Assembly (NCBI GenBank): GCA_946965045.2
Contig: OX337238.1
Coordinates: 1,612,001 to 1,676,000 of the forward strand
Direction of reading: 5' to 3'
DNA length: 64,000 nucleotides
Source of the DNA: Epithemia pelagica
Lineage: Eukaryota; Protista; Bacillariophyta
Position numbers and translations under genes: made by a program. How positions within the stretch are numbered: the stretch's first letter is position 1; the number at the start of each line of letters is the position of its first letter. A model generated the notes under the pieces. It saw only the letters and a program-made list of their open reading frames with translations. It did no database searches and had not been told where the DNA came from. Below are positions 30,432-42,197 of this stretch, one piece after another.

Positions 30432-31976
30432 ATGGACTGCAGTAGTCTCTGGTTTCCGCGGTCTGTTCGGACAATGGTTCGGACAAGTTCTCCATTCTCC
30501 ATTCCAACAACAACAACAAGGAGGAGAAGGAGGACTGCCACCAATACAAACAGGACGATGATACATTCCTTTGACAGCTTCATTTTTAGGAGGAACCATC
30601 AAACGAAAAGCACTGTTGAAACAACAACAACAACAACACCTAGGCTGCGATTGGTATGGGAACAACAAAGACCTCCTCCATCTTTTACGACCTCAAAATC
30701 ATCGGACCAAGTAGCAGAAACCAACCAGGACAACAACAACCATCATGATGATGATGATGACGACGGACGATATCGACACATTTCCTTGCAGCCATGTCCG
30801 ATCCAAAACGAGGAGACGGCAACACTAGTGGAAGGTAGCAAAAGCAACGACGCCACTTTTATGAACGAGGACGAAATACCGGGTATTTCCAACACCGTCT
30901 TGCAACAGAAACGCCTCGAACGATACAGGGCGCATATCGATCATGACGGTTTGGTACCAGACACGTTGAATGTCGTTTATGAGGATGACTGGATTGTCGT
31001 GATTGACAAACCGTCGGGGTTGCGTACCGTGCCTGGACGCTATCATCGACCCAGTGTGCTCGATTGGGTATATCGACGCTATGGTCCCGACACTGTCACG
31101 GAGCATGACAAGGACAACAACGACTCCACCGTAATGATTCCGGATCACATGGTCTGTCATCGATTGGACATGGACACATCGGGATTGGTCGTCTTTGGTC
31201 GGTCGCGAGCCATTACCAAACAATTGCAACGTCAATTTCGTGAGCACCAAGTCCACAAGGAATACCAAGCGCTCTTGTTCGGACATTGGCCTGTCGAGTA
31301 TTGTACGCGAGGGTGCATGGATTTGCCACTTCAGCGAGACATGTTTCATCCACCCTTTGGTCGTATTGCCACACCGCACTCGGTCGCGCGGACCCACGAC
31401 CAACTCTTGAGGCAACAACAACAACAGCAGGAGGCTCAGGAACCACCACAACAAGAACGACCACCCAACTGGAGTCGTCCCTATCGCAAAGATCCCAAAC
31501 CTAGTCAAACGTACTTTGAGATTGTATCGCTCGATACAACACGGATTCGTCGTTTGCCTTATACGCGGATTCGATTGCTACCCACCACTGGTCGCATGCA
31601 TCAATTGCGGATTCATTGTGCCGCCGTTGGATATCCCATTATGGGCGACTCCACATATTGTCTCTATGGCGAAGCAGCCTATCTAGGAGGATTGCAAAAC
31701 ATTGATTGCGTTTTGTGGAATCGTTCCGCTACGCACAATCATGACAACAACAACAACAACAACAACGACACGAGTGGTGGTGGTGAATATCGTCCCTTGG
31801 TGCGTGGCGTGCCCTTGTCCATTCACGAGGAATGGAGTAATTTGTTTCCTCCACATGCCAAACCCTTGTGTTTGCATGCTTCGACCTTGTCCTTTTATCA
31901 TCCGGTCCACACACGGCAACGCCTGTCCTTTCATGTGGATCCCACCTATGAAACGGCTTGTTTGCACGATTTGTAG
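30432..31976 (+). CDS. RluA-family RNA pseudouridine synthase
   Basis: IDKPSGL, catalytic HRLDMDTSG, KEYQALL, TGRMHQLRIH, PIMGDSTY and LCLHA motifs. The Ser/Thr/Arg-rich N-terminus may be an organelle presequence. Confidence 0.92.
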   Translation: MDCSSLWFPRSVRTMVRTSSPFSIPTTTTRRRRRTATNTNRTMIHSFDSFIFRRNHQTKSTVETTTTTTPRLRLVWEQQRPPPSFTTSKSSDQVAETNQDNNNHHDDDDDDGRYRHISLQPCPIQNEETATLVEGSKSNDATFMNEDEIPGISNTVLQQKRLERYRAHIDHDGLVPDTLNVVYEDDWIVVIDKPSGLRTVPGRYHRPSVLDWVYRRYGPDTVTEHDKDNNDSTVMIPDHMVCHRLDMDTSGLVVFGRSRAITKQLQRQFREHQVHKEYQALLFGHWPVEYCTRGCMDLPLQRDMFHPPFGRIATPHSVARTHDQLLRQQQQQQEAQEPPQQERPPNWSRPYRKDPKPSQTYFEIVSLDTTRIRRLPYTRIRLLPTTGRMHQLRIHCAAVGYPIMGDSTYCLYGEAAYLGGLQNIDCVLWNRSATHNHDNNNNNNNDTSGGGEYRPLVRGVPLSIHEEWSNLFPPHAKPLCLHASTLSFYHPVHTRQRLSFHVDPTYETACLHDL

Positions 31977-32774
31977 CATGCTATTAGAGAGTATGCGGAA
32001 AACACGCTGGTTCGGCAATCATAACAACCGGCTGTGGTGCACACCGTTGCACGAAATCCATTTTAGGGTTCATCCCACTTCAAAGCACACAAATCTTGCT
32101 CTTGTAGTCAACGGGGAAGCGAGCTTTCATGTGATTCAAGAAATCAGTACCAAGCATGTCAATGTCCGCCAAAGATGTCTGTCATGCGGAGAAAGAGTGA
32201 CCTCCTGGCGGGTTTCCCCGTTCAAGGCAATCCTTGCAGAAGTATTCCCAATCTCCTCGCAACCCTCCATCAATCTGTCCCTGGTTGGATTTCCAACAAA
32301 GGTACAAGTGGCATTCTTCCGACTCTAGACGGTATGTGGCACCTCGGATGATCTCTCTCCGATAGTGCCATGCGCAAAAAAGGACGTATCAGAAAGTTTG
32401 TTGCTTATTCGTAGGAGTAAATTAGTGTATCTGGTCGAGTCTATCCGAGAATGAAATTGACAGTTTCGATTTCAGTCAGTCGACAGACCCATCAATCAAG
32501 CGCGCCTGTCTATCAAGGACGAGACGTTCTCAAACCCTCAAGAAAAACGACTCTGCTCGACAACGTCATGATATTGCATGGAGTCCATGTCCTCTACACA
32601 AGAGTCTCCCTCTGGCTGGATCAGAATGTAGTAGCTTTACAGAGAAGGCCAATCTCTGTCGATATATCTTTGAAACCATCTTGCAAGAAGAACCGACTGA
32701 CGAAAGAGAAATCGAATCCAAGCATCCACAAGTGTTATAATCAGAACTCATGCACACCAGTTTCAATGTCATCT

Positions 32775-34025
32775 TCATGTGTGCATATTCGTGTTCCGCT
32801 TCACTTGTTCCTTGGGTAACTTGGCCAGGAGCGTGCGTCGTTGTCGTCGCAACACAACGAGCAACACCAAAATAATTCCCACCAGCCACAGGGTCACCGG
32901 GGCTTGTTGGACATCGTCCACCATAACATAATCGTCCGTGGCACTCTGTCCCAATTCCAAATTGCCTTCGGACTGGGGGACAGCATGATGATCGGATCCA
33001 ACAAAGCCCAATTCCTGCAAGGTATCGGCAAACACGACATCGTCCACGGCGGCATCGTCGTCCAAAGTGCTGGAGGAAGAAGTGCCAGGACCAGTCTTGG
33101 TGTTGTTGTCGTGGTCGTCCGGATCATTCGTGGAGGAGGACGGAAGTGACTCTGACGAGGGTGGTGGATCCTTTGGAACTAGGGATGGTGCCTGAGGTGG
33201 TGGAAGTTGTTGTTCCTGTTGTTGCTGCTGCAGATACACGGGTGGTGGACTCACAACCGCTTGCGGCAACTGGGGTGGTACGGATTGCATCCATGATTGT
33301 GGTGACTGTGCCGACTGCATCACCCAATTGGGAGGAGCTTGCAGTTGTACTTGCGGTGTCGGTAGGGGTTGTCCCTGCATAAAGACTTGTTGTTGTGGTG
33401 GCGGCGGCAGTGACGCCCCCACAAACTGTTGCTGTTGCAGCTGCTGTTGAAGCTGAAGCTGCAGCTGAGGCAATGCAGGAGATGCACCATCGTTCGTCAA
33501 ACCAACGACACCGCCTGGATTGAACTGAGAATGAGCGACTGGAACAGCAGGGGCATCTTGCGGTGAAGACGGTAGACCTGTTGTAGTAGTAGCAGTCGCC
33601 TCCACATTGTCCTTTTTGGCTTGTTCGGGTGGTGATTGTCCTCCTTCTTGCAAGGACCGTCGCTGTCGAAGCTGGCGAGGGGAAGTTGAGGACGAGGACC
33701 CGAGCGGCACGACGTTTTGGCCAGTTAGCGAGGAATGCGAACCCCCAGCACCACGCAACGACGAAGACATGGTGAGTGTGGTTGTTTCGACGTGATTCGT
33801 CTCCTCCTTTTTCTGGTTGGACCAGGCTTCGTTGTAATGATTCATAATCGTACTGCTGCTTTTGATCTCGGATATCGACTGTATCGGAATGCAGATATCA
33901 GCGGTTCTTCGATTGAGATGATTGATGGTCGAAATGGGGGAATGTTCGAAGTTTTGTACTCCTTTTGGGCGCGTCGAAGTTTTGAAAATGGAAAGGGAAA
34001 AGGGAAGCGTCATAGTCATAGTCAT
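32775..34025 (-). CDS. Gln/Pro/Ser-rich single-pass membrane protein (start uncertain)
   Basis: Low-complexity Q/P ectodomain, C-terminal helix VTLWLVGIILVLLVVL followed by RRQRR. Confidence 0.65.
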   Translation of the reverse strand: MTMTMTLPFSLSIFKTSTRPKGVQNFEHSPISTINHLNRRTADICIPIQSISEIKSSSTIMNHYNEAWSNQKKEETNHVETTTLTMSSSLRGAGGSHSSLTGQNVVPLGSSSSTSPRQLRQRRSLQEGGQSPPEQAKKDNVEATATTTTGLPSSPQDAPAVPVAHSQFNPGGVVGLTNDGASPALPQLQLQLQQQLQQQQFVGASLPPPPQQQVFMQGQPLPTPQVQLQAPPNWVMQSAQSPQSWMQSVPPQLPQAVVSPPPVYLQQQQQEQQLPPPQAPSLVPKDPPPSSESLPSSSTNDPDDHDNNTKTGPGTSSSSTLDDDAAVDDVVFADTLQELGFVGSDHHAVPQSEGNLELGQSATDDYVMVDDVQQAPVTLWLVGIILVLLVVLRRQRRTLLAKLPKEQVKRNTNMHT

Positions 34026-35073
34026 TGGGACATACTCCTCTCTTGTCTAATAAGGGTGCGATTGGGGGGGTACCTTTGTTCGTCCGTCATCCGAAAGGAA
34101 AAAATTGTCTCGTATTTTTTCCCAAAGCGCCAGCCGGGTGATATCGCCAGCCTCCCTTCGATCGTTCGAAATAGACGCGCCGGTCACGCCTTGTATTGCT
34201 GGCACAAGGGCCAGGAATCGTCTCACTTTTCCAGCAACACCACAAAAGACGACCATGAGCACACCAAAAACCAAAAGAAAACCATCCAGCCGTACGAACG
34301 AACACAGCGACAACTTTATGGCCAAAACCATCCACCTAGATCACAAGTGAAGGCGGAATACATCAAAGGACGGATGACAACATAAAACATGACAATCAAC
34401 CACTGCAATGATGAAGCGAAGGTTTGACAGCGTCATCATGGGGTATGTAAGCCCAGGAAGCAGGAAGCCTAAACTAGTAGTGGACTATGCTTTTATCTTT
34501 CCCATAGACAAAGTGCCAGGAGCTTGTGTTGATACTCCTAGAGGTGCATTGCACCATGTGTGTGTATTTCATGGTGTGCGTGTGATGATTCCGTGAAGCT
34601 TGATCCACTACTACGTAAAGAGTACTCGCTTCTGAAACAGTATAGACTTTAGAGTACAAAATGGGCTTGTAGATTTCTCTGTGCATGTCTCGTCAAGTCT
34701 CACGGCTCACGGTTCCTGTTTCCCATTCATTAGCGCAAGCGGCTACACAATACAAGCTGAGTTCAGGGAGTATGTTCCTGACGTAGACCCCTCGTAGATT
34801 TAGTACCATAAAATATAATCCTCAATAGCGTTTGGCCTGACTAGTGAATGAAAGTGTCCGACTCGTGACAACCCAGTGTCTGAATAATAAATTTTTTATT
34901 CGTACCGTGATGTGTGACAGCTTCCGAACGCTAGAATTCCGTCGAAAATGATGAAAAAACGGTTGTTGTCTAACGACCATGGTGAAGGGCCATCCCAACC
35001 GCAAACGATGTTGCCGAGCTGCATCCGGACGCTTTAGGGTTTACTTGAAACACCCCCAACGGGGCAACATCGT

Positions 35074-38000
35074 TTGCGGTTGGCATCATCCTCAATGACA
35101 CGATCATCGGACCCAACCGACGCAACACAGTCTCGGATGGAACGAAGTTTATCTACGAAAGAGGTTCTTGACGTCTTCAAGACGCGATGCTCCCCAACCT
35201 CGTTTGGATTCTGCGACAAGTGGATCCAAGACACCAACATTGTAGGATACATGAGCACTTGGTTGCCAGGACTGTCAACAACCAGACTGCATCTTGTTTT
35301 GTCTAAAGATGTTGTCCTTAAACTCTGTTTCGAAGCTGAGACGTCGGAACCAAACAAGTTTGGCTGGTACCGCCACAAAGTCACAATCCAAAAGAAAAGA
35401 TACACATTCTTTTATGTAAGCTCCGACACAACAACACGGCCAGTGATATTCGACGATCACCAAGAATGGCTGGAGGCTGCAGAAACGAACACGATTCGGC
35501 GGTCGGGACGAGCGAAGCCAACGAAGCGAAGGAACGAAGAGTCACCAGGGTTGCGTGAAGGCACGCTAAATACATCCAAGCAAGCAAGAAACACTTCAAC
35601 TCCACCAGCAATCAAGAGCACTGCAACGCAGCAACATGGTCAACCGCCACAAATTGGAGACAGCCCTACCGAAATGCAAACGTCACCACCTCACGACAAC
35701 ACAAATCAGGTGCTTGTTGGAGCAATCCAACATCCTGAATTGGCCACAGACGAAATCGGCCATGACCATCCACAGAGTTTGCCGATTGGTTTTTCAGTTT
35801 TCGAGAGTGAGATGATCCAAGGTCTATCGCAACAAATGGAAAGCGCCTATTTTGATGAGCCAAGGAACCGTAGGCTCTTTGCCGGCAAATGCGATTCTCC
35901 AGGATCGTCAAAACGAAATCTTGAGCGATGGATAGAAACCCTTGAAAGGGCCATTTCCAACGTGGAGGCACTTCCGAATGTGGTTAACAAGGGAGACATC
36001 TTCCCCCTCAACCAGGAACAGCAACAGAGGGTACTGCTCAAGGCAACGTATTTACAACTTTCTTATAAGATAACGTTGCTTGATATGCCACACGGTCGTA
36101 CATGGCTGAACTGCATAAGCGAAGCCATTAGCAAAATGGAACAGATTTATGGTGAAAAAGTAAAAAAACATCCCAAGACCATTGCTCGTTTTCACAGGTA
36201 CTTTCGGGAAAACGACAGTTTCCCTCATCCCAACTACCACGTTCATATTGGGAAAGAGCCATCGCCCGTCTTATTCGTTCACATACCTGAAGCAAAGGTA
36301 AAGTTTGAATGCTGGGCAAAGGAAAACCTGAGCACTCTTACAACAGAGTCTGCTCTAATGTACCGGAGGACAACATTGCTTCCGGATATGCATACCATGA
36401 TCGTACAAGAGTGCATGGATACGAATGCAACGCCAGTATCGTACGAGGCCTTCTTGGCATCGATGAAGCTTTCCACCATTTCGCAAAGCACAGCGTGGCG
36501 ATGTATTGCTGCTGCAGGGTTCGTGTTCAAGGAACACACGAAAACATACTTCACTGATCAACACGAAAATGCTGAGAATGTTGCCCACAGAGCTGCTTTT
36601 GTCAAGAAGTACTTTAAGTGGGAAGAGTTGTCGTATTGGTGGGTGCAGCTCCCTACCGAGGATGCAATCAAACTTGAAAACGAAGGGAATGCGGGCAAGG
36701 AGAAGCTCTTGCCAAACAGCTTTGTATTTGAGTACACTGATGTAACAACAGGCAAGCAGATGCGGGAGTACCATGTTGATGCCTTCCCAAGCGAATTTGA
36801 ACGGTACATCAAACCAGAAAACACAATTCACAATGGAAACTTGTCACACAGGTTTCCCTCCGACCGCAAACCTGTCATCCTCATCGGCCAGGACGAATCG
36901 ATCTACAAGCAGTTTTCCTTCTCGTCTAAGGCATGGTACACTAAAGATGGCGCAACTAAAATGCTGCCAAAGGATGATGGACATGGGATGATGATCAGCG
37001 CTTTTGTAAGCCGATCATGGGGCTTCCTTATGAACGGAAACCCGTTGCTTGCTGCGAGTCTTTTTCGGATTAATGAACTCCGTCTACATGAGACACACAA
37101 CAAATACGTCTCTACCGAGGCTGCAGTGAACCTCAATGGTCACACTGCCAAGACTCCAATTACCAATGCCCAACCGTTCACTCGCTTTTTTGAATACGGA
37201 GCAGATAAAGAGGGATATTGGAATTATGAATACATGGCCTTGCAGTTGGAGGATATTGTCGATTGCCTCGTGGTCATGTTCCCCGCCCATGACTTTGTCT
37301 TTTTGTTCGACCAAAGCAGTGGTCATGGAAAACAACAATCCGATGGGTTAAATGCTCTGAACATGAATAACGACTGGGGAGGAGCTGTTCCCAGCATACG
37401 GGACACACAAATTATTGATCAAGCTTGCCTTGGCCCGTACAACCATGACGACAAACTACGAGTTGGTGACGTACAACACCTCGTCTATCAGGAGAACGAT
37501 CGTGGTCCAGTTGCTAAAAAAGGCCATCGTCTCAATGACGCGCAGCGTGTCGCATCGGAGAATACACACCGAACTGGTAGAAAGAAAAAGCGCAACCTCA
37601 CAAAGAAGGAGCTCATGGCAAAACTTGTCCGGGTCATGGGACCTGGAATGCAACGTTCATTTCAATCGAAAAATGCTGGTGAACTACAGGACCTTTGTAA
37701 ACGCTCCAACATTGCAACGGTGATTGAAGATGATGTGATCGAGGAAGGCTGGATGAATGCTGCAAAAGGGCTCTTTCAAGTGTTATGGGAGCGGGGGTGG
37801 ATAGACCCTAACAACATGATCAAGTACGTCAAGACAACCAGAGATGCATGGTTGGAAGCGGATAAGAAGACTGTGAAAGAAGCCTATCAGGCGGACTACA
37901 AAAAGTACTCTATGGTTCATCTGATGAGCGAATGCTCCGATTTCAAGAACGAAAAATCTGCAATGGAGAAGCTGGCGGAAGACTTGTCTGAACGACATCA

Positions 38001-38403
38001 TTGCAGGATCGAGATTCTCGTATCGACCAAGTATCACTGTGAAATGGCCGGTGAGGGGATCGAGTATGGCTGGGGTTACTCAAAAAAAGTCTTTCGTGCT
38101 TTCTCACTGAATGAGAAGAAAGACAAAGCTGCCTTTTTACGATGTTTGACAGCGAGCCTGAAGAAAACAACACCCGAAATCATGCGGAAAATGTCAGCAA
38201 AGGCACGTCGCTATATGCTCGCGTACTTGTTAAACGATCAAAATTCCAACAACAGAGACTATGCAGCTGCGGGCCTCTCGTATGCCGAAATTGAAAAGAT
38301 GTCAAAAGCAATCAAGTGTCACCGATCCGCCTTCGACCAAGATCATGGCTTCATCTCACGTCTCTGGAGAGAAACGCAAGGATCTGGTGCAGTAGAAACC
38401 TGA
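35074..38403 (+). CDS. 1109-aa DDE transposase of IS630/Tc1/mariner type
   Basis: D1 in IGQDESIY (36892), D2 in FLFDQSSGH (37309), E in KYHCEMAGEGIEYGWGYSKK (38062), matching the PxxSP(D/E)LNPIExxW-type motif. HTH-like segment LSTISQSTAWRCIAAAGF precedes the core. Confidence 0.88.
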   Translation: MRLASSSMTRSSDPTDATQSRMERSLSTKEVLDVFKTRCSPTSFGFCDKWIQDTNIVGYMSTWLPGLSTTRLHLVLSKDVVLKLCFEAETSEPNKFGWYRHKVTIQKKRYTFFYVSSDTTTRPVIFDDHQEWLEAAETNTIRRSGRAKPTKRRNEESPGLREGTLNTSKQARNTSTPPAIKSTATQQHGQPPQIGDSPTEMQTSPPHDNTNQVLVGAIQHPELATDEIGHDHPQSLPIGFSVFESEMIQGLSQQMESAYFDEPRNRRLFAGKCDSPGSSKRNLERWIETLERAISNVEALPNVVNKGDIFPLNQEQQQRVLLKATYLQLSYKITLLDMPHGRTWLNCISEAISKMEQIYGEKVKKHPKTIARFHRYFRENDSFPHPNYHVHIGKEPSPVLFVHIPEAKVKFECWAKENLSTLTTESALMYRRTTLLPDMHTMIVQECMDTNATPVSYEAFLASMKLSTISQSTAWRCIAAAGFVFKEHTKTYFTDQHENAENVAHRAAFVKKYFKWEELSYWWVQLPTEDAIKLENEGNAGKEKLLPNSFVFEYTDVTTGKQMREYHVDAFPSEFERYIKPENTIHNGNLSHRFPSDRKPVILIGQDESIYKQFSFSSKAWYTKDGATKMLPKDDGHGMMISAFVSRSWGFLMNGNPLLAASLFRINELRLHETHNKYVSTEAAVNLNGHTAKTPITNAQPFTRFFEYGADKEGYWNYEYMALQLEDIVDCLVVMFPAHDFVFLFDQSSGHGKQQSDGLNALNMNNDWGGAVPSIRDTQIIDQACLGPYNHDDKLRVGDVQHLVYQENDRGPVAKKGHRLNDAQRVASENTHRTGRKKKRNLTKKELMAKLVRVMGPGMQRSFQSKNAGELQDLCKRSNIATVIEDDVIEEGWMNAAKGLFQVLWERGWIDPNNMIKYVKTTRDAWLEADKKTVKEAYQADYKKYSMVHLMSECSDFKNEKSAMEKLAEDLSERHHCRIEILVSTKYHCEMAGEGIEYGWGYSKKVFRAFSLNEKKDKAAFLRCLTASLKKTTPEIMRKMSAKARRYMLAYLLNDQNSNNRDYAAAGLSYAEIEKMSKAIKCHRSAFDQDHGFISRLWRETQGSGAVET

Positions 38404-38814
38404 TCTAATCTCCATTTATCATCAAAATGCATGTAACTTAACTATTTATAACAGCAATCCATTTTATTGAATGTATTTCTTGTCAGTTATTGGTATCAAT
38501 GATCACTTCCGTGTTGCGTGCTCGTGTTGCGTGTTGGATTATCAGTTTGTAAGTACCTCGAAAATGTGAGAGAGCGAGAAAATGGACGATTTTTGGAGCA
38601 GACCTCGCGCGAAACACGCCTCCCTCTCCGAAAACGCGCACGCATCGCAAAACTGGCACGCAAATCCTTAAGTAACTCAGCCCACATACCAAAACTTCAC
38701 CGTTTTTTAGTATGTGAGCTCAAGATTTTTTTTTGGAATGTGAGCTGAGGGCTGAGGAGAATGCTGCGTTTCGTGTTTCTTGTGTTTCGTGTTTCGAGTT
38801 TTTGCGTTTCGACC

Positions 38815-41689
38815 ATGGGGAAACCAAGCCCTAAGAAACAGTATTCAAAAGCAGGCGCTCAAAAACGAGACAGCATGAGTGACAAAGGAAATCTTGACGC
38901 TCTTATACTTGCAATAGATGCAGCGGAAGAGCAGTCAGCCAAAGCAGCAGCGGCGCCCGAAGCAGCAGCAGCCGCAGCACCCGAAGCAGCAGCAACAGAC
39001 GAAGCGACAACAACAAAGCACCATCGGTTTCTTTCGGATCAAGACTTTGCCGAAGTGAAGGATAAAAAGCTTGCAGATGTTCGGCGTGGCCATCCAGAGA
39101 AGGACCACAGCAAACAGTAGTCGGAAACTCAAATGCGGCAGCTCCTCACCGATACGCGCACAGCGGACTACAAGAAAGGCGTCGAGGAAGTGGAGAAACT
39201 CCCTTCTTGTTCTGGACGGGATCCAATCAGGACTTTCACCGAAGGCCTCAAGACGCTCTCCAAGATCAAAGACAGTGCTGTACTTGCCTGTGCTATGGGA
39301 GAGTATGTCTCACGGAAGATTTCGGCCACTTTTTTGGTCCAAGAAGCTCCAATTCGGAAGCCCGGTTCTGGCTTGCAAAAGGGGAAGATTGTGCCACTTT
39401 CAAGTGGAATGGGTCTCCCTGTCAAGAAGAACAGAAAACATACCTTCCCGATCGGCAAGCATGTCGGTTACACATTTGCAAACAATCCGGTAGTCAAGAT
39501 CTACCTTGGAAAAGTGCTTCTGTTTGAGGTGAAGGAGTCAAAACTCCCAGGCGCCGGGTTTGGCGTTTTTGCAGTTCGGACAATCAAAGATGGTGAAGTG
39601 ATTGGTGCGTACACGGGAAACGACGTCACGTCTCGGACAGTTGTGCCCAACGAGTACGCGATTCAGTTCGGACGTGACAATCGAAGGCTTCAAGCAGACA
39701 ACGACGATCACTTCGGCATGGGGCTGCACTTAATCAACGACCACCTACACCATCGGTACGGTACAGACAATCCACCGGATGAATCGGATGATCAATACAA
39801 CGTGAGAATCATGCCGAATCTTCTAGTCAAGGCAATCAAGCCGATCGAAAAGGGCGACGAGCTGTCTTTGTTTTATAACCTTTCGGACGAATCGCCGACG
39901 TCCTCCGAACAGGTTATCCGACCGTCGACGAAAGGTGACGACGACGAAGACGAGGGAAAGAAACGCGGTCGACCCAGTGATGAAAATGAAGACGACAGGA
40001 AAAAAACAAAGAAGGCTTTCGCTACCTCTTCTACTACTGTTTTCCGCCCAGTTGCTGCTGTTGCTCGTCCTCCTGCTCTTCCTTCTCCGCCTCCTCCGCA
40101 AGACGTTTCTGGGCACTACAATTCGCCCCCTCAGCTGCCACCACATCATCCTCCGCCGTATCATCCTCATCCTCCGCCGTATTATGATCCACCGCATCAT
40201 CCTCATCCTCCGCCATATTATGATCCACCGCATCGTCATCATCCTCCGCCATATTATGATCCACCGCATCGTCATCATCCTCCTTCGTATCATCCTCCGC
40301 CGCATCATCATCATCATCCTCCTTCGTATCATCATCCTCCTTCGTATCATCCTCCGCCGCATCATCCTCCGCCGCCGCATCATCCTCAGCCGCATTACCA
40401 TGGGCATCCCCCGTCCTATAATCAACTCCATTATGGAGGAGGTTATCAGGGGGCTCTGCCTTTATCGCAGCAACAACAACGCACGACCCAGCCGGTCGTA
40501 GGTTCACCGGAGCGTCCGAGCAATCCCGTCCCACCTGCAGCACAAGCTCAACCCGCCACTCGACCCGATCGCTCCCTTTCTGGAATGTTAGTACGAGTAA
40601 TTGCCTTGCCAGAATTTTCAGAAAGTGACACCACGGATGACAATTCTTTTGATCAGGAGATGTCGGATGACAATTCTTTTGCTCCGGAGATGAATGCGAT
40701 CGACGAGTTAATGCAGGAGGGTGAATGGCAAAAGCAACAGATGTTGCAAAATAGAGAATTGCGCAAGAAGTATTTCAAATCGCTATACGATAGTGAAAAC
40801 AAAATCTATCGAGGCTGTTTTTTTACAACGCCGCCAGACCTCCTCCAGTTGTTGGAGCAAGTGTGGAAAGGCAAACACCTGAACAGTAAAGGAAAGGGCA
40901 CCTTTTTCAAATCTGTTCAAGACTACACCCCAAATTTGTTGATGGCGATGATGGAACATGAGGGCATGGTGGCCAACACTCGGTACTTCAACGACTGCGA
41001 CCCAGAACATGTCCAAAAAGTCACGACAGATTTCAAGCAGTTTCTTGCCTCAGCTCTCCATGGAATGAACTACGCAAAAGATGAATCATTTGCGGACCAA
41101 ATGAGCATTCACCTTTCGCTTATGAAGACCACTCGGGAAGAAGTGCAAGAACCTCACATCGACTTCTTGTTCCTGGCCGTAACAGGAAACATGTCCGAGA
41201 GTCCGCGTTAGGATGACTCGGCGATCGTTCTCAGATCTGCCACTCCGGGAACGCATCCCCTTCATTGTTTTTATGCCCCTGACGGAGGAGGGTATGTCCA
41301 TTGAATTGTGGAGCTACCGTGCTGAGAAGCACGAGAACTATACGCATGAGTTGGGTAACGTGGTACAAATCCCGTACGGCAAGTTTCTCCTCGTTCGAGG
41401 AGATACTGTCCATGCTGGTGGCTTTAAGACTGGAGAGCTGGGAAATCCACGTGCACATTTTTACGTGTACCAAGGAAAAGATGGGACCATCCACGATCCC
41501 ATGCCAAAGAACAGCTACAATCTACCTTCTGGACAAAGGCTTTCAGAGTGCTACTTCCATCAAAAGGACATTCCTGGTGATCGCCCAAGTGGGATCATTC
41601 GGGTTAACCTTACGCTCGATGGCCATCGCGTTGCCGTCCAGGGTGATTATCGTAGAGTGCTTCTAGCTACGAAAAAACCTGGTATTTAG
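38815..41689 (+). pseudogene. SET domain - Pro/His/Tyr repeat - 2OG-Fe(II) oxygenase-fold fusion gene, disrupted
   Basis: SET motifs GAGFGVFAVRTIKDGEVIGAYTG, HLINDH and KGDELSLFYN (~39520-39880). DSBH-type EPHIDF (41155), VHAGG (41411) and NPRAHFY. In-frame TAG at 39118-39120; frameshift plus stop near 41165-41182. Confidence 0.75.
40135..40435 (+). repeat. Coding Pro/His/Tyr-rich repeat (HPPPYYDPPH units)
   Basis: Repeated CATCCTCCGCC.TATTATGATCCACCGCAT blocks. Confidence 0.9.
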
Positions 41690-42197
41690 ATCGCGAACAA
41701 AGAAGCCGATCAAACTTAGATCTTTCCTTGTGGTGAAAGTGTGTTATTGTTGAAAAAGAATACCATGGTACGTTGAGTTGCAGTATGACATTAAGATTTA
41801 CTAGTTTATTCCTTCATATTATACTTTAGTACATTGTCGTGTTGTGTCGAAAACGCAAAATATGAGATAAGAATCATAGCTCGTCTGGGACCAATCACAA
41901 ACTCCCTCGTACATCCATACGAGGCGTGCCGGCAAACCGGGACCCAACTACCGACACTAGCAAGCTGGATAACGACGATGACAATGATGATGAAGAGGAC
42001 AAACAGGATGAGCGATGATAGCTACAACAAGGACGACTACAATACAACGACGACAATGATAGCCACGACAATGACGAGGACTTGGACGACGACAATGATG
42101 ATAATCACAACAAGAATGACTGTAGAAGCACTACCATGATGACAAATCGATTCATATTTAGTGATTAAGGATACCTAAAACGTCCATCAGTAGATAT

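Noticed and set aside
31985-32340. Possible degraded minus-strand coding remnant with a CxxC (YFCKDC)
   Set aside because: Interrupted by stops, with no recognisable family and no supportable start.
41100-41689. Calling the oxygenase domain a JmjC histone demethylase or TET/JBP enzyme
   Set aside because: Only the generic HxD...H...R signature is visible; subfamily-specific motifs were not recognised.
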